From: Candidatus Dietzia intestinipullorum
GTDB lineage: Bacteria > Actinomycetota > Actinomycetes > Mycobacteriales > Mycobacteriaceae
Assembly (NCBI GenBank): GCA_019119635.1
Contig: DWWP01000041.1
Span: 19,772 to 83,771 of the forward strand
DNA: 64,000 bases
Reading direction: 5' to 3'
Below the pieces are notes generated by a model. The model was given only the letters and a program-made list of their open reading frames with translations, did no database searches and was not told where the DNA came from. The translations under genes were made by a program, and so were the position numbers. This document shows positions 44,812 through 63,252 of this stretch, piece after piece. How positions within the stretch are numbered: position 1 is the first letter of the stretch; every line of letters begins with the position of its first letter.

Positions 44812-46020
44812 TCAGAGACCGGCCGCGCGCCTGAGCTCGGCCACGCGGTCGGTCCGCTCCCACGGCAGGTCGACGTCGGTGCGGCCGAAGTGACCGTAGG
44901 CGGACGTCGCCGCGTAGATGGGGCGTTTGAGGTCGAGGTCACGGATGATCGCGCCGGGCCGCAGGTCGAAGACCTCGTCCACCGCCGCCTGCAGCGTGTC
45001 CAGATCGACCTTCTGCGTACCGAAGGCCTCGACGAAGAGCCCGACCGGAGCCGCCTTGCCGATCGCGTAGGCGACCTGTACCTCGACCCGCTCCGCCAGC
45101 TCGGCCGCGACGACGTTCTTGGCCACCCACCGCATGGCGTAGGCCGCCGACCGATCCACCTTGGAGGGGTCCTTGCCCGAGAACGCCCCGCCGCCGTGAC
45201 GGGCCATCCCGCCGTAGGTGTCCACGATGATCTTGCGACCGGTCAGGCCCGCGTCGCCCATCGGGCCGCCCAGCACGAATCGCCCGGTCGGGTTGACCAG
45301 CAGTCGGAAGTCTCCGGTCTCGATCCCGCCCACGGCCTCGGCGAGCACGGGTTCGATGACCTCGCGCGTGAGGTCATCACGCAGCGTCGTCTCGAGATCG
45401 ATCTCCGGGGCGTGCTGCGTGGAGATGACGATGGTGTCCAGCCGGATCGGGCGTTCCTCGTCGTACTCGATCGTGACCTGGGTCTTGCCGTCGGGACGCA
45501 GGTAGCCCAGCGCGCCGTTCTTGCGGACCTCGGTCAGCCGGCGCGACAACCGGTGCGCAAGCGCGATGGGCAGCGGCATGAGCTCGGGGGTGTCCGAGCA
45601 GGCGTAACCGAACATCAAGCCCTGGTCGCCGGCGCCCTGCCGGGCGATCTCGTCCTCCGTGGGGCCCCCCGTGCGGGCCTCGTGCGAGGTGTCCACGCCC
45701 TGGGCGATCTCCGGTGACTGCGCCCCGATGGACACCGACACGCCACAGGTCACCCCGTCGAATCCCTTGTCGGAGGCGTCGTAACCGATCGAGACGATCT
45801 TCTCGCGGATGAGCTGCGGGATCTCCACGTAGCCACTGGTCTTGACCTCGCCGGCGACGTGCACCTGACCGGTCGTGACCATGGTCTCCACCGCGACCCG
45901 GGCGGCCGGGTCCTGTTCCAGCATGGCGTCGAGGATCGCGTCGGAGATCGCGTCACAGATCTTGTCCGGGTGTCCCTCGGTCACGGATTCGCTGGTGAAC
46001 AGCCGACGTGCCTGCGTCAC
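44812..46020 (-). CDS. metK: S-adenosylmethionine synthase
   Basis: Motifs are [28 protein letters not shown] and [16 protein letters not shown]. Confidence 0.95.
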   Translation of the reverse strand: MTQARRLFTSESVTEGHPDKICDAISDAILDAMLEQDPAARVAVETMVTTGQVHVAGEVKTSGYVEIPQLIREKIVSIGYDASDKGFDGVTCGVSVSIGAQSPEIAQGVDTSHEARTGGPTEDEIARQGAGDQGLMFGYACSDTPELMPLPIALAHRLSRRLTEVRKNGALGYLRPDGKTQVTIEYDEERPIRLDTIVISTQHAPEIDLETTLRDDLTREVIEPVLAEAVGGIETGDFRLLVNPTGRFVLGGPMGDAGLTGRKIIVDTYGGMARHGGGAFSGKDPSKVDRSAAYAMRWVAKNVVAAELAERVEVQVAYAIGKAAPVGLFVEAFGTQKVDLDTLQAAVDEVFDLRPGAIIRDLDLKRPIYAATSAYGHFGRTDVDLPWERTDRVAELRRAAGL

Positions 46021-46059
46021 AGTGGTTCTCTCTTCCTGGTGGGAGCGCGTGGGATCAGA

Positions 46060-47343
46060 CTAGTCGGTGTGGTGAGCGCCCCGACGGCCGGTCGTCGCCG
46101 ACCCGGATGCGGCCACGACCGCGTCGAGCACCCGGCTGGCCACCAGGTCCTTGCTCACCCGGTCGAGCAGCACCTCGCCGCCGGCTGTGTCGAGGATCCA
46201 GCCGCCGTTGACGTCCTCCCCGAACGTGGTGCCGCGGCCGACCTCGTTGACCACGAGGAGATCGCAGCCTTTGCGAGCGAGTTTGGCGCGCCCGTGTTCG
46301 AGGACCGTCCCCGAGGCGTCCCCGGTCTCGGCCGCGAAACCCACGAGCAGGCAGTCGGCGGGGACCCTCCCCGCTGTGCGGGCGTCCACGAGCTCGGCGA
46401 GGATGTCCGGGTTCACCGTGAGGCCGATCGACTCGGGCTCGGTGCTGCTGCCCTTCTTGAGCTTGGATCCGGCGACGTCGGCGGGCCGGAAATCCGCCAC
46501 GGCGGCCGCCTTGATCACGACGTCGGCGCCTTCCGCGAGCCGCAGCGTCTCGTCCCGGAGCTCCCGGGCCGATTCGATGGGGACGGCCTCCACTGCCGCG
46601 GGGGTCGGCAGGTCCGCGGAGGTCACCAGGGTGACCCGTGCCCCCCGCGCCGCGGCGACCGCCGCGATGGCGTATCCCTGCTTTCCCGAACTGCGGTTGC
46701 CGAGGAAACGCACGGGGTCGACGTCCTCACGGGTGCCGCCGGCGGTCACCACGACATGCTCGCCGTGCAGGTCCCACGGCATCCGCCCGCCGTCGAGGAG
46801 GAGGTGTGCGAGCCGGGCGATGTCCGCGGGCTCGGGCAGTCGTCCGGCGCCCGTGTCGGCGCCGGTGAGCCGGCCGGACGCCGGTGGCATCACGTGTAGC
46901 CCGTCCCCGCGGAGTGTGCCGACGTTGCGCCGAGTGGCGGGGTGCTCCCACATCTCAGTGTGCATCGCCGGTGCGAGGAGCACCGGACACCGTGCGGTGA
47001 GCAGGGTCGATGTGAGCAGATCGTCGGCGCGGCCCGAGGCGGCACGCGCGAGCAGATCGGCCGTGGCCGGCGCGACGACGACGAGGTCCGCCCGTTGCCC
47101 GAGGGCGACGTGGCGGACGGAGGGCACATCGGAGAACACACCGGTCGTGACCGGGTTCCCGGACAGTGCCTCGAACGTGGCGGTCCCGACGAACTCCAGG
47201 GCCGCCTGCGTGGGGACGACATCGACGTGGCATCCGGACTCTGTGAGCAGCCGGATCAGCCCGCAGGCCTTGTAGGCGGCGATCCCGCCGCCCACACCCA
47301 CGACGACGCGCGGGGCGCGTGCGTCGTCCCCGCCGGGGGTCAC
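46060..47343 (-). CDS. coaBC: Bifunctional phosphopantothenoylcysteine decarboxylase / phosphopantothenate-cysteine ligase
   Basis: The start was trimmed from 47967 to GTG 47343, which overlaps the rpoZ stop (GTGA). The flavoprotein motif is [11 protein letters not shown], and the ligase domain contains [10 protein letters not shown]. The product is 427 aa. Confidence 0.92.
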   Translation of the reverse strand: MTPGGDDARAPRVVVGVGGGIAAYKACGLIRLLTESGCHVDVVPTQAALEFVGTATFEALSGNPVTTGVFSDVPSVRHVALGQRADLVVVAPATADLLARAASGRADDLLTSTLLTARCPVLLAPAMHTEMWEHPATRRNVGTLRGDGLHVMPPASGRLTGADTGAGRLPEPADIARLAHLLLDGGRMPWDLHGEHVVVTAGGTREDVDPVRFLGNRSSGKQGYAIAAVAAARGARVTLVTSADLPTPAAVEAVPIESARELRDETLRLAEGADVVIKAAAVADFRPADVAGSKLKKGSSTEPESIGLTVNPDILAELVDARTAGRVPADCLLVGFAAETGDASGTVLEHGRAKLARKGCDLLVVNEVGRGTTFGEDVNGGWILDTAGGEVLLDRVSKDLVASRVLDAVVAASGSATTGRRGAHHTD

Positions 47344-47624
47344 TCGCCCTCGGCGCAGTCGAGGAGGTCGGAGTGGAGCTCGCGCAGAGCGATGGTGAGG
47401 GGCTTCTCGTGGAACTCGGGGTCGACCAGCGGGCCGACGTACTCGAGGATGCCCTCCTCGATCTGGTTGTAGTACGAGTTGATCTGCCGGGCGCGCTTCG
47501 CGGCGAAGATCACGAGGGCGTACTTGGACGACGCCCTGTCGAGGAGCTCGTCGATCGGCGGGTTGGTGATGCCGACGGGAGTGTCGTACAGCGGGGTGGC
47601 CGCTGCGTCTTCGATGGTGGCCAC
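47340..47624 (-). CDS. rpoZ: DNA-directed RNA polymerase subunit omega
   Basis: The sequence reads [32 protein letters not shown]. The GTG start shares one base with the gmk stop. Confidence 0.9.
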   Translation of the reverse strand: MATIEDAAATPLYDTPVGITNPPIDELLDRASSKYALVIFAAKRARQINSYYNQIEEGILEYVGPLVDPEFHEKPLTIALRELHSDLLDCAEGE

Positions 47625-48280
47625 TACGGGGTTCTCCTCTGGACTTGCGGTGAAGGGCTATCGGTGCGGAGATGTCGATCTCGACCGACCAGCAATGATA
47701 CCAACTCGTCGACCGCCGCCTCGAGTTCGTCGTTGACCACCACGTCGTCGAACTCCTCGCGAGCCTCCATCTCGACCTTCGCGGTCTCGAGACGACGGGC
47801 GACCACGTCGTGCGGTTCGGTCCCGCGGCCGCGCAGGCGGACCTCGAGTTCCTCCCATGAGGGCGGGGACAGGAAGACGGTCCGCCCCTCGGGGATCGAC
47901 TCACGGATCTGCCGGACCCCGGCGAGATCGACCTCGATGAGGACCGGCCGGCCGTCCGAGAGGGCACGCCGCACCGGATCGGCGGGGGTGCCCGACAGTT
48001 GGAGGCCGCGATGGATCTCGGCCCACTCCAGCATCCGGCCCTCGGCGACTGCGGTACGGAAGTGCTCCGTGGTGACGAAGTGGTAGTCGCGCCCGTCGAC
48101 CTCTCCGGGCCGCGGATCGCGCGTGGTCATGGACACGCTGAAGTACAGCTCCGGTACGCGCTCGCGGAGCCGGGCCACGACGGTTGACTTACCGACGGCG
48201 GAGGGGCCGGCCAAGACGATCAGCCGGCCCCTCGTCGCCGTCGCTTCCGGGGGGACTCCCCCGGACGACGGTGCGTTCAT
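47624..48280 (-). CDS. gmk: Guanylate kinase
   Basis: The start was trimmed to ATG 48280. Motifs are the P-loop GPSAVGKST and [21 protein letters not shown]. Confidence 0.92.
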   Translation of the reverse strand: MNAPSSGGVPPEATATRGRLIVLAGPSAVGKSTVVARLRERVPELYFSVSMTTRDPRPGEVDGRDYHFVTTEHFRTAVAEGRMLEWAEIHRGLQLSGTPADPVRRALSDGRPVLIEVDLAGVRQIRESIPEGRTVFLSPPSWEELEVRLRGRGTEPHDVVARRLETAKVEMEAREEFDDVVVNDELEAAVDELVSLLVGRDRHLRTDSPSPQVQRRTP

Positions 48281-48287
48281 ACGTCGA

Positions 48288-48611
48288 TCAGTCGACCGTG
48301 AAGTCGAACCGCTCGAGCAGTGCACGACGCTGGCGGTCACCGAGACCACGCAGACGACGCGTAGGGGCGATCTCCAGCTCGGACATGATCTCCTGAGCCT
48401 TGACCTTGCCGACCTTGGGCAGAGCCTCCAGCAGTGCTGACACCTTCATCTTGCCGAGGATCTCGTCGGTCTCGGCGTCCTTGAGCACCTGCTTGAGATC
48501 GGTGCCTCCGCGCTTCAGCCGCTCCTTGAGCTCAGCCCGGGCGCGACGGGCGGCAGCCGCCTTCTCCAGAGCAGCAGCACGCTGCTCATCGGTCAACTGG
48601 GGAAGGGCCAC
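48288..48611 (-). CDS. mihF: Mycobacterial-type integration host factor mIHF
   Basis: The start was trimmed to GTG 48611 (GGAGGA 4 nt upstream), giving 107 aa that begin (V)[28 protein letters not shown]. Confidence 0.88.
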   Translation of the reverse strand: MALPQLTDEQRAAALEKAAAARRARAELKERLKRGGTDLKQVLKDAETDEILGKMKVSALLEALPKVGKVKAQEIMSELEIAPTRRLRGLGDRQRRALLERFDFTVD

Positions 48612-49022
48612 AATTCCTCCGTCTCGTTCGTGTGTGTCTCGTGACTCACGCGGGTGTCCACCGTAGGACACTCGCGTCTGGTGTGCGGTGACCGTCTCCG
48701 GCGCGTCCGCGGGCTGCGGAACGCACCGGGAACGGGCGCTCCCTCGTGCTCACCGTACCCGGGCGGGCCCGTCCCCCTCGCGGGGTCGGGACCCGGTATC
48801 GGGCCTGATGACCTCAGCAACAGTACAAGGCACCGGGACGTCGTACCCGGGCGGGTGCCCGGCGTGTCACCCCCTCTGGCCTGCGCATTGTCATGTGAGG
48901 CTATGGGCAGACTAACCGCGACCGCCGTCGTGCGCGGAGCGAAACGCCCGAAATGGGCGAGGGCTCGTCGCTGTGCACGCCGCAGATGTGTGACGCGAGT
49001 GACGCCGGGTGCCCGCAGGGGC

Positions 49023-49906
49023 TCAGGGAGCGCCGTCGGCGCCGTCTCCGCGGGCCGTGACCCGCGCCGCCATCGTGAGGTCGAGTACGACATCGCGCAT
49101 CGCCGCGACGTCCGGACCGGCCCGGAGTACATGGCGCGAGACATTGACGAGGGTGTGCCCGAAGGCGGGGCCCGCGATCCGCCGGGCATCGTCGATCGTG
49201 GCGCCCTGCTGACCCACTCCCGGCATGAGCACCGGCCCATGGAGTTCGTCGAGCCGGGGGGCGTCGTCGACAGTGGCGCCGACGACCACCCCGAAGGGGC
49301 CCGGCGACGTCGGGTCGTCGCCCCTGTCGATCGTCGCGTTGCGGCGTGCGACCTCGTCGACCACCGACTGCGCGACGGTCGCTCCCCCGGCCTCCGCCCG
49401 CTGCAGCGGACCCGCCTCGGGGTTCGAGGTCCGGGCGAGGACGAAGAGTCCGCGCCCGGCCCCGGCCGCCGCCTCGAAGGCCGCGTCCAGCGCGCCGACG
49501 CCGAGGTACGGCGAGACGGTCAGCGCGTCACACGCCAGCGGTGAGCCGTCACGCAGCCAGGCCCGGGCGTATCCGGCCATCGTCGAACCGATGTCCCCGC
49601 GCTTGGCGTCCGCGACGGACAGGGCTCCGGCCGAGGCGATCCCGTCGAGGACCTCCTCGAGCGCGGCGACCCCCGCGGCACCGTGCTCCTCGAAGAACGC
49701 GACCTGCGGCTTGACCGCCGGCACCAGGTCTCCGAACGCCTCGAGTGACCTGCGGGAGAACTCGGCGACCCCCGCGGCGTCGACCCCGAGTCCCCACGCC
49801 TCGAGCAGCGCCGGGTGGGGGTCGATCCCCACGCACAGGTTCCCGCGGGAACCGAGCGCGGCCCGCAGTCGCGCCCCGAACGGCGCCCGGTGACCGGAGC
49901 CGGAGC

Positions 49907-49910
<4 letters not shown>
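49023..49910 (-). CDS. pyrF: Orotidine 5'-phosphate decarboxylase (type 2)
   Basis: The start was trimmed to GTG 49910, which overlaps the carB stop (GTGA). Motifs are LCVGIDPHP and [11 protein letters not shown]. Confidence 0.9.
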
Positions 49911-53265
<3,355 letters not shown>

Positions 53266-53266
<1 letters not shown>

Positions 53267-54471
53267 CAGTGCGTGCCCTTCCTGGAGTCGGTGGCGGCCG
53301 GATCGGCGCCGAGCAGGCTGACGAAGCGGTCGAAGAGGTCGGCGGCGTCGCGGGGACCCGCGGCCGCTTCGGGGTGGTACTGGACGGAGAACGCCGAACC
53401 GTCGGTCAGCGCGACGCCCTCGACCGTCCCGTCGTTGGCGCACACGTGGGTGACGGTGGCGGTGCCCCACGGCGTCTCCCAGTGCTCGGTCTCCGGTGCG
53501 CGGAGCGCGAACCCGTGGTTCTGGGAGGTGATCGCCACCGCGCCCGTGGCTTTGTCCACCACCGGGATGTTGGTCCCCCGGTGCCCGAACCGCATCTTGT
53601 AGCTCTCGAGTCCGAGCGCACGGCCGAGGATCTGGTTGCCGAAGCAGATCCCGAAGAACGGGATCCCCTGCCCGAGTACCTCCTTGGTGAGGTGCACGGC
53701 GTCGTCGGCGGCGGCCGGGTCGCCGGGCCCGTTGGAGAGGAACACCCCGTCGACGTCGAGCTCGAGGACGTCCTGGAGCGTCGACCCCGCGGGGATCACG
53801 TGGACCCTGACGCCGCGCGCTGCGAGCATGCGCGGGGTGTTCGTCTTGATGCCCAGGTCCAGCGCTGCCACCGAGTAGTGCGCCGTGCCCTCCGGTTCGA
53901 CCACATAGGCCTCGTCGGTCGTGACCTCGCGGGACAGCGACGCCCCCGCCATGGCCTCCTGCGCGCGGACGGTGGCGAGCATCGACTCGTCGTCGGCGAG
54001 GTCGGCCCCGGAGAAGATCCCGGCCTTCATCGCCCCCCGGTCGCGGATGTGACGGACCACCGCGCGTGTGTCGACGTCGGCGATCCCGACCGCGCCCTGC
54101 GCGATCATCTCCGCCTCCAGCGTCCGGGTGGCCCGGTGGTTCGACGCCCGGCGGGAGAGATCGCGGGCCACCAGCCCCGCGACCCAGATGCGGCCGCCGC
54201 CGACCTCCCCGCCGAGCAGTGACTCACCATCGTGGTCGTTCCAGCCGGTGTTGCCGATGTGTGGAGCGGTCGTGACGAGGATCTGCCGGTGGTAGGAGGG
54301 GTCCGTGAGGGCCTCCTGGTAGCCCGACATCGCCGTGGTGAAGACGGCCTCGCCCAGGGTGGTGCCCGTGGCTCCGAACGCGGTACCGCGGTGGATCCGC
54401 CCGTCCTCGAGGACGAGGGCCGCGGGCGGAGGTCCCGCCGCGGAACTGGTCGTGGTGGTCTGCGAAGTCAC
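53266..54471 (-). CDS. carA: Carbamoyl-phosphate synthase small (glutaminase) subunit
   Basis: The GATase nucleophile lies in FGICFGNQ, with the His in HPE near the C-terminus. The GTG start overlaps the upstream stop (GTGA). Confidence 0.95.
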
Positions 54472-55046
54472 TGGTTCTCCTCGTTGGTGGAGCGGGGGGC
54501 GTGGGGCGGCTGGGTCGACGGCGGGTCGTGGGTGGGGTCGGGATCAGCGGCGTCACCGCGCAGCTGCTCCCATCGGTCGTACGTGTCCTTGTCGTCGGCG
54601 CGGAACCCGGTGTCGACGACCGTGGTCCCGCCGTCGGCGGAGCGCAGCCGCCAGCGCGCGACCACCAGGCCGCCGCCGGGGACCGTCTTGTTGGCGAGCG
54701 CGGACGCGCGCCGGACGTCGACCAGATCGGCCCGTGGGATCCACACGGTCGCGTCGGCGAGCTCGAGACGCAGGCCGGTCGTGTGCGCGGTGAGCGACCC
54801 CGCCGAACGATGACCCAGCGGCGGCCGGACGATCCGGGCCTGCCAGTCGCCCGCGACGGTACTGCCCACGTAGACGCCGGTCAGCGGCCCGAGCACGGGC
54901 TCGCCGGGCGACTCGGGCACCGCCGGCAGGCCGTCGAACAGGTGGGCCTGGGAGCGTTGGCGGTTGCGCCAGCCCCACGCCATGAGGGCCAGCACCCCCA
55001 GGAACAGGACCAGAGCGATCAGCGCGGTCAGGATGTTCTGGCTCAT
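54468..55046 (-). CDS. Small membrane-anchored protein of unknown function (Rv1382-like by position; PH-like soluble domain suspected)
   Basis: It has one N-terminal TM helix ([22 protein letters not shown]) and a ~120-aa soluble domain. The ATG overlaps the pyrC stop (ATGA), and its own stop overlaps the carA GTG. Confidence 0.75.
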   Translation of the reverse strand: MSQNILTALIALVLFLGVLALMAWGWRNRQRSQAHLFDGLPAVPESPGEPVLGPLTGVYVGSTVAGDWQARIVRPPLGHRSAGSLTAHTTGLRLELADATVWIPRADLVDVRRASALANKTVPGGGLVVARWRLRSADGGTTVVDTGFRADDKDTYDRWEQLRGDAADPDPTHDPPSTQPPHAPRSTNEENQ

Positions 55047-56370
55047 GCGTTCTTCCCTCCTCCGACGATCTCGCCGTCCCGGACGACCATCCGACCGCGG
55101 TGGACGGTGCCCACGACCCGCGCCGTGAACTCCATGCCCTCGTAGGGGGTGTTGGCGGAGAGACTGGCGAGCTCCTCACCCACGACCGTCCACGGGGAGT
55201 CGGGGTCGACGACGACGAGGTTGGCCGGCTCTCCCACCTCGATCGGACGTCCCTGGTCGGGCAGACCGGCGATCTCGGCCGGCCGCGAACTCATCACGCG
55301 CGCGACATCCCGCCACGTCATCTCACCCGATTCCACCAGGAGCGCGGCCACGATGGGCAGGGCGGTCTCGAGTCCGAGCATGCCCGGTCGCGCCGCGGCG
55401 AACTCGCAGCACTTCTCCTGCTCGGCGTGGGGCGCGTGATCGGTCGCGACACAGTCGATCACGCCGGACACCAGAGCATCGCGGAGCGCGCGGGCGTCGT
55501 GCGACTCGCGCAGTGGCGGGTTGACCCGGTAGACGCCGTCGTACGACTCGAGCACCGAGTCATCCAGCAGCAGGTGGTGCGGGGTGACCTCGGCGGTGAT
55601 CCGGATCCCCTGCGCCTTCGCCCATCTCAGCAGTTCGACGGTGCCGGTGGTCGAGGCGTGGCAGATGTGCACGCGGGCGCCTGCGTCCCGGGCGAGGATG
55701 GCGTCGCGGGCGACGATCGACTCCTCCGCGGAGCGCGGCCATCCGGTCAGCCCCAACCGCGCCGCGGTCGGACCCTCGTGCGCGACCGCGCCGGGGGTGA
55801 GCCGCGGCTCCTCGGCGTGCTGGGCCACGAGGACGCCGAGCCCGGCCGAGTACTCGAGCGCGCGCCGCATGATCATCGGGTCGTGGACGCAGTGCCCGTC
55901 GTCCGAGAACACCGTGACCTGCGCCTCACCGGAGGACATCTGGCCCATCTCGGTGAGCTGCTCCCCGGCGAGGCCGACGGTGACCGCGCCGACCGGGTGC
56001 ACGTCGCACAGTCCGACCTCCCGGCCGATCCGCCACACGGCGTCGGTGACGGTCTGGTTGTCCTGGGGCGGGCTGGTGTTGGCCATGGCGAAGACCGCGG
56101 TGTAGCCGCCTCTCGCGGCGGCCGCGGAGCCGGAGGCGATGGTCTCGGTGTCCTCGCGGCCCGGCTCACGGAGATGGGTGTGGAGGTCGACGAACCCCGG
56201 GAGCAGGACGTCGCCGTCGCAGTCGTGGGTGTCGGTGCCGTCAGGAGCCCGGGTGACGGCGTCGGCGCCGATCTCGGTGATGATCCCGTCGACGACGAGC
56301 ACGTCGACCGGATCGCCCTCCCCGTAGGGGCGGACGCTCCGCAGCAGCAGGGTCCGGGACGTCTGGTCGC

Positions 56371-56374
<4 letters not shown>
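55043..56374 (-). CDS. pyrC: Dihydroorotase
   Basis: Metal-binding motifs include [13 protein letters not shown] and ATDHAPH. The GTG overlaps the pyrB stop. Confidence 0.94.
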
Positions 56375-57896
<1,522 letters not shown>

Positions 57897-57909
57897 TCAC
57901 CACCTCCTT

Positions 57910-57925
57910 GTCCGCCTCACTGGAC
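57910..57925 (-). promoter_or_regulatory. Candidate PyrR-binding stem-loop in the pyrR leader, adjacent to the RBS
   Basis: The minus strand reads GUCC-AGUGAGGC-GGAC followed directly by AAGGAGG. The loop UCCAGUGAGG is one mismatch from the UCCAGAGAGG core of PyrR binding loops as I recall it. A flanking CC could pair with the GG of the SD. Confidence 0.5.
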
Positions 57926-57962
57926 GGCTCGTTAAAGGGATAGCTTTCGAGGGTTGACCCTA

Positions 57963-58514
57963 TCAGTCCGCGGGCGGCTCCCCCGCCCCGTCGGACGTGG
58001 CCTCCGACACGTCCTCCGCGGCCGCGGCGTCGGTGTCCAACGTCGAGACCGCCTTCTCCGCGGCGCGGATGTGCTCGGCGAGGCCGGCGATCCGGTCGAG
58101 CACCGCGTTGACGTAGGCCACTGATCTGTCCGCCGAGAGGTCGGAGACCAGCAGGACCGCTTGGTCGATCACCACCGCGGAGTCGACCTCCCGGGTCCCG
58201 AACAACAACTCCCAGGACCCGGCCCGCAGTACGGCACGGTCCACGGCGGGCAGCCGCTCCAGCGTCCACTCGCGCAGGTGATCGGCGATCATCGAGTCCA
58301 GACGGTCGAGCCGCTCGGCGACGCCGGTGACGACCTCCATCGTGTACGGCGCGACGTCGTGGAACTCGTGGGAGTCGGCGCCCATCTTCCGACGTTCCTC
58401 GGCGAGTTCCACCACGTCGGCGTCCCGGAGCTCCGCCTCGAACAGCAGCGCCACGGCACGCCGTCGCGCCCGGTACCGCGATCCCCGGCGCCGGTGGTCG
58501 ACATCCTGTGCCAT
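57963..58514 (-). CDS. nusB: Transcription antitermination factor NusB (with acidic/Ala-rich C-terminal tail)
   Basis: The NusB core spans RRRAVALLFEAELRD...AYVNAVLDRI. The gene sits directly downstream of efp. Confidence 0.9.
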   Translation of the reverse strand: MAQDVDHRRRGSRYRARRRAVALLFEAELRDADVVELAEERRKMGADSHEFHDVAPYTMEVVTGVAERLDRLDSMIADHLREWTLERLPAVDRAVLRAGSWELLFGTREVDSAVVIDQAVLLVSDLSADRSVAYVNAVLDRIAGLAEHIRAAEKAVSTLDTDAAAAEDVSEATSDGAGEPPAD

Positions 58515-58516
58515 GG

Positions 58517-59080
58517 TCAGTCGTTCACCCGGCTGAGGTAGCGGCCGTCGCGCGTGTCGATGCGCAGCTTGTCACCGGTGTTGATGAACAGCGGCACCTG
58601 TACCTCGGCGCCGGTCTCGAGGGTCGCCGGCTTGGTGCCGCCGGTCGAGCGGTCTCCCTGCAGTCCCGGGTCGGTGTGCTGGACCACCAGATCGACGGCC
58701 ACGGGCATCTCCGCGAACAACGGGAGGCCCTCGTGCATGGACACCTGCACGCTGGTGTTCTCGAGCAGGAAGCGCGCCCCCTCGCCCATCACGGTGGGGG
58801 TCACGGAGATCTGGTCGAAGTCCTGCTGGTCCATGAGGACGTAGTCCTCACCGTCGCGGTAGAGGAACGTCATGTCGCGACGGTCGACCGTCGCCGTCTC
58901 GACCTTGGTGCCGGCACTGTAGGTCTTGTCGATCGTCTTCCCGGAGACCACGTTCTTGAGCTTGGTGCGGACGAACGCCGGGCCCTTGCCGGGCTTGACG
59001 TGCTGGAACTCGACGATCTGCAGCAGGTTTCCGTCGTCCTTGAGGACGAGGCCGTTCTTGAAGTCGGCGGTGGACGCCAT
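58517..59080 (-). CDS. efp: Translation elongation factor P
   Basis: The start was trimmed to ATG 59080 (AAGGAG 9 nt upstream), giving 187 aa. The motif is [16 protein letters not shown]. Confidence 0.95.
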   Translation of the reverse strand: MASTADFKNGLVLKDDGNLLQIVEFQHVKPGKGPAFVRTKLKNVVSGKTIDKTYSAGTKVETATVDRRDMTFLYRDGEDYVLMDQQDFDQISVTPTVMGEGARFLLENTSVQVSMHEGLPLFAEMPVAVDLVVQHTDPGLQGDRSTGGTKPATLETGAEVQVPLFINTGDKLRIDTRDGRYLSRVND

Positions 59081-59158
59081 GAGTCGGTTCTCCTTCGCGT
59101 GTGTTCCGCGGCAGGCCGGGCGGGGCACCGCGCGCGTCTGGTCGGGGACGGCGGCTTC

Positions 59159-61383
<2,225 letters not shown>

Positions 61384-61420
61384 TCACTCCCGCTCATCGC
61401 ATGTGTGCTCACGTCCACGG

Positions 61421-61978
61421 TCACCGTGTCACGCGCCGGTCGGATCCCCGGGCGTGCGGGTCCCCCGTCTGCAGTCTCTCCACGATGTCCGTCACCACCT
61501 TGCCCGAACTACGACGCTCGGTGGTCACGGTCGCCCACGCGACCGCCCTGTAGAGGGGCGCGCGCTCGGTGAGCATCGCCTGGTAGCGGGCCGTCACGTC
61601 GCCCCCGGCCAGGAGCGGCCGTCCCGACCCCCGCGACCTGCGCACGCCCTCTGCCACCCCGATCGTCATGTGGATGACGCGCGTGCCGCGCAGTCGTTCC
61701 CGCGTCACGGCGGACAGGACGGCGCCGCCGCCCAGGGACAGGACTCCGTCGAAGCCGGCCAGCATCTCCCCCACGATCTCCTGCTCGATCTCGCGGAAGC
61801 CCGCCTCGCCGTCGGAGGCGAAGATCTCCGGGATCGACAGTCCCCGGCGTACCTCTATCAGTTGGTCGGAGTCGCGGAACTCCACGTCGAGTCGTCGCGC
61901 GAGCTTCCGGCCGATAGTCGTCTTGCCGGCCCCGGGCGGGCCCACCAGCACCGCGGCCGGGCGGGACGGTCCGCTCAT
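61421..61978 (-). CDS. aroK: Shikimate kinase
   Basis: The start was trimmed to ATG 61978, which overlaps the aroC stop (ATGA). The P-loop is GPPGAGKTT. The product is 185 aa. Confidence 0.92.
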   Translation of the reverse strand: MSGPSRPAAVLVGPPGAGKTTIGRKLARRLDVEFRDSDQLIEVRRGLSIPEIFASDGEAGFREIEQEIVGEMLAGFDGVLSLGGGAVLSAVTRERLRGTRVIHMTIGVAEGVRRSRGSGRPLLAGGDVTARYQAMLTERAPLYRAVAWATVTTERRSSGKVVTDIVERLQTGDPHARGSDRRVTR

Positions 61979-63174
61979 GCCGGATCCGAGTCCCAGTCCA
62001 GGCGTTCGGCCACCGCGTCGAGATAACCGGCCACGTTCCGACGGGTCTCCCCCAGCGAGTCGCCCCCGAATTTCTGCAGGACGGCGCGGGCGAGGACCAG
62101 CGCGACCATGGACTCGGCGACGACGCCTGCCGCGGGGACCGCGCACACGTCCGAGCGCTGGTGGATGGCGGTGGCGTCGCTCCCGTCGGACATGTCCACG
62201 GTGCTCAGGGCGCGCGGTACGGTCGAGATCGGCTTCATCGCGGCGCGGACCCGCAGCGGCTGGCCGTTGCTCATGCCGCCTTCGAGCCCGCCTGCGCGAT
62301 TGCTGCGGCGGTCGACGCCGTCGGCGCCCCGGATGATCTCGTCGTGCGCGACGCTGCCGCGACGCCGGGCGGTCTCGAACCCGTCGCCCACCTCGACGCC
62401 CTTGATGGCCTGGATCCCCATGAGTGCGCCGGCCAGTTGCGCGTCGAGTCGCTCGTCACCGGACACGTGTGATCCGAGGCCGATCGGCAGCCCGTGGACC
62501 ACGACCTCGACCACCCCACCGAGCGTGTCACCCGCCTTCTTGGCGGCCTCGATCTCGGCGATCATGGCATCACCGGTCGCGGGGTCGTGGGCTCGGACGG
62601 GGCTGGCGTCGATGGCGTCGAGGTCGGCGAACACGGGAGGGGGGCCGGCGTACGGCTCCGAGGCGCCGATCGAGATCACGTGCGAGAGCACTTCGACACC
62701 GAGGACGTCGCGGAGCACCGCCCGGGCGACGGTCCCCGCGGCCACGCGCGCGGCGGTCTCGCGGGCACTCGCCCGCTCGAGCACCATGCGGGCGTCGTCG
62801 AAGTCGTATTTGAGCATCCCGGAGAAGTCGGCGTGCCCGGGGCGTGGGCGGGTCAGCAGCGCTGCGCGCGCCTTGTCCTCGATGTCCTCGGGGTCGACCG
62901 GGTCCGGGGACATGATCTGTTCCCACTTGGGCCACTCGGTGTTGCCGACCTCGATCGCGACGGGCGAGCCCATGGTCTGACCGTGGCGGACGCCCCCGAG
63001 AACGCGGACCGCGTCGGCCTCGAACTTCATCCGCGCGCCCCGCCCGTAGCCGAGACGACGCCGGGCGAGCTGGGTACCGATCTCCTCGCGCGTCACCTCG
63101 ACCCCGGCGATGACGCCCTCGATGATCGTCACGAGGGCCTGGCCATGCGATTCCCCGGCGGTGGTCCACTTCAT
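61975..63174 (-). CDS. aroC: Chorismate synthase
   Basis: It begins [11 protein letters not shown] and carries RPGHADF and [13 protein letters not shown] 63174 gives 399 aa, and ATG 63189 is an alternative start. Confidence 0.93.
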   Translation of the reverse strand: MKWTTAGESHGQALVTIIEGVIAGVEVTREEIGTQLARRRLGYGRGARMKFEADAVRVLGGVRHGQTMGSPVAIEVGNTEWPKWEQIMSPDPVDPEDIEDKARAALLTRPRPGHADFSGMLKYDFDDARMVLERASARETAARVAAGTVARAVLRDVLGVEVLSHVISIGASEPYAGPPPVFADLDAIDASPVRAHDPATGDAMIAEIEAAKKAGDTLGGVVEVVVHGLPIGLGSHVSGDERLDAQLAGALMGIQAIKGVEVGDGFETARRRGSVAHDEIIRGADGVDRRSNRAGGLEGGMSNGQPLRVRAAMKPISTVPRALSTVDMSDGSDATAIHQRSDVCAVPAAGVVAESMVALVLARAVLQKFGGDSLGETRRNVAGYLDAVAERLDWDSDPA

Positions 63175-63252
63175 CACGGGGTCGATCATCCCACGAGAGG
63201 CATCTCCCGGGCACATCAGGCCCGCTCGGTCCGCGTCGCGGCACCGGCGGGG

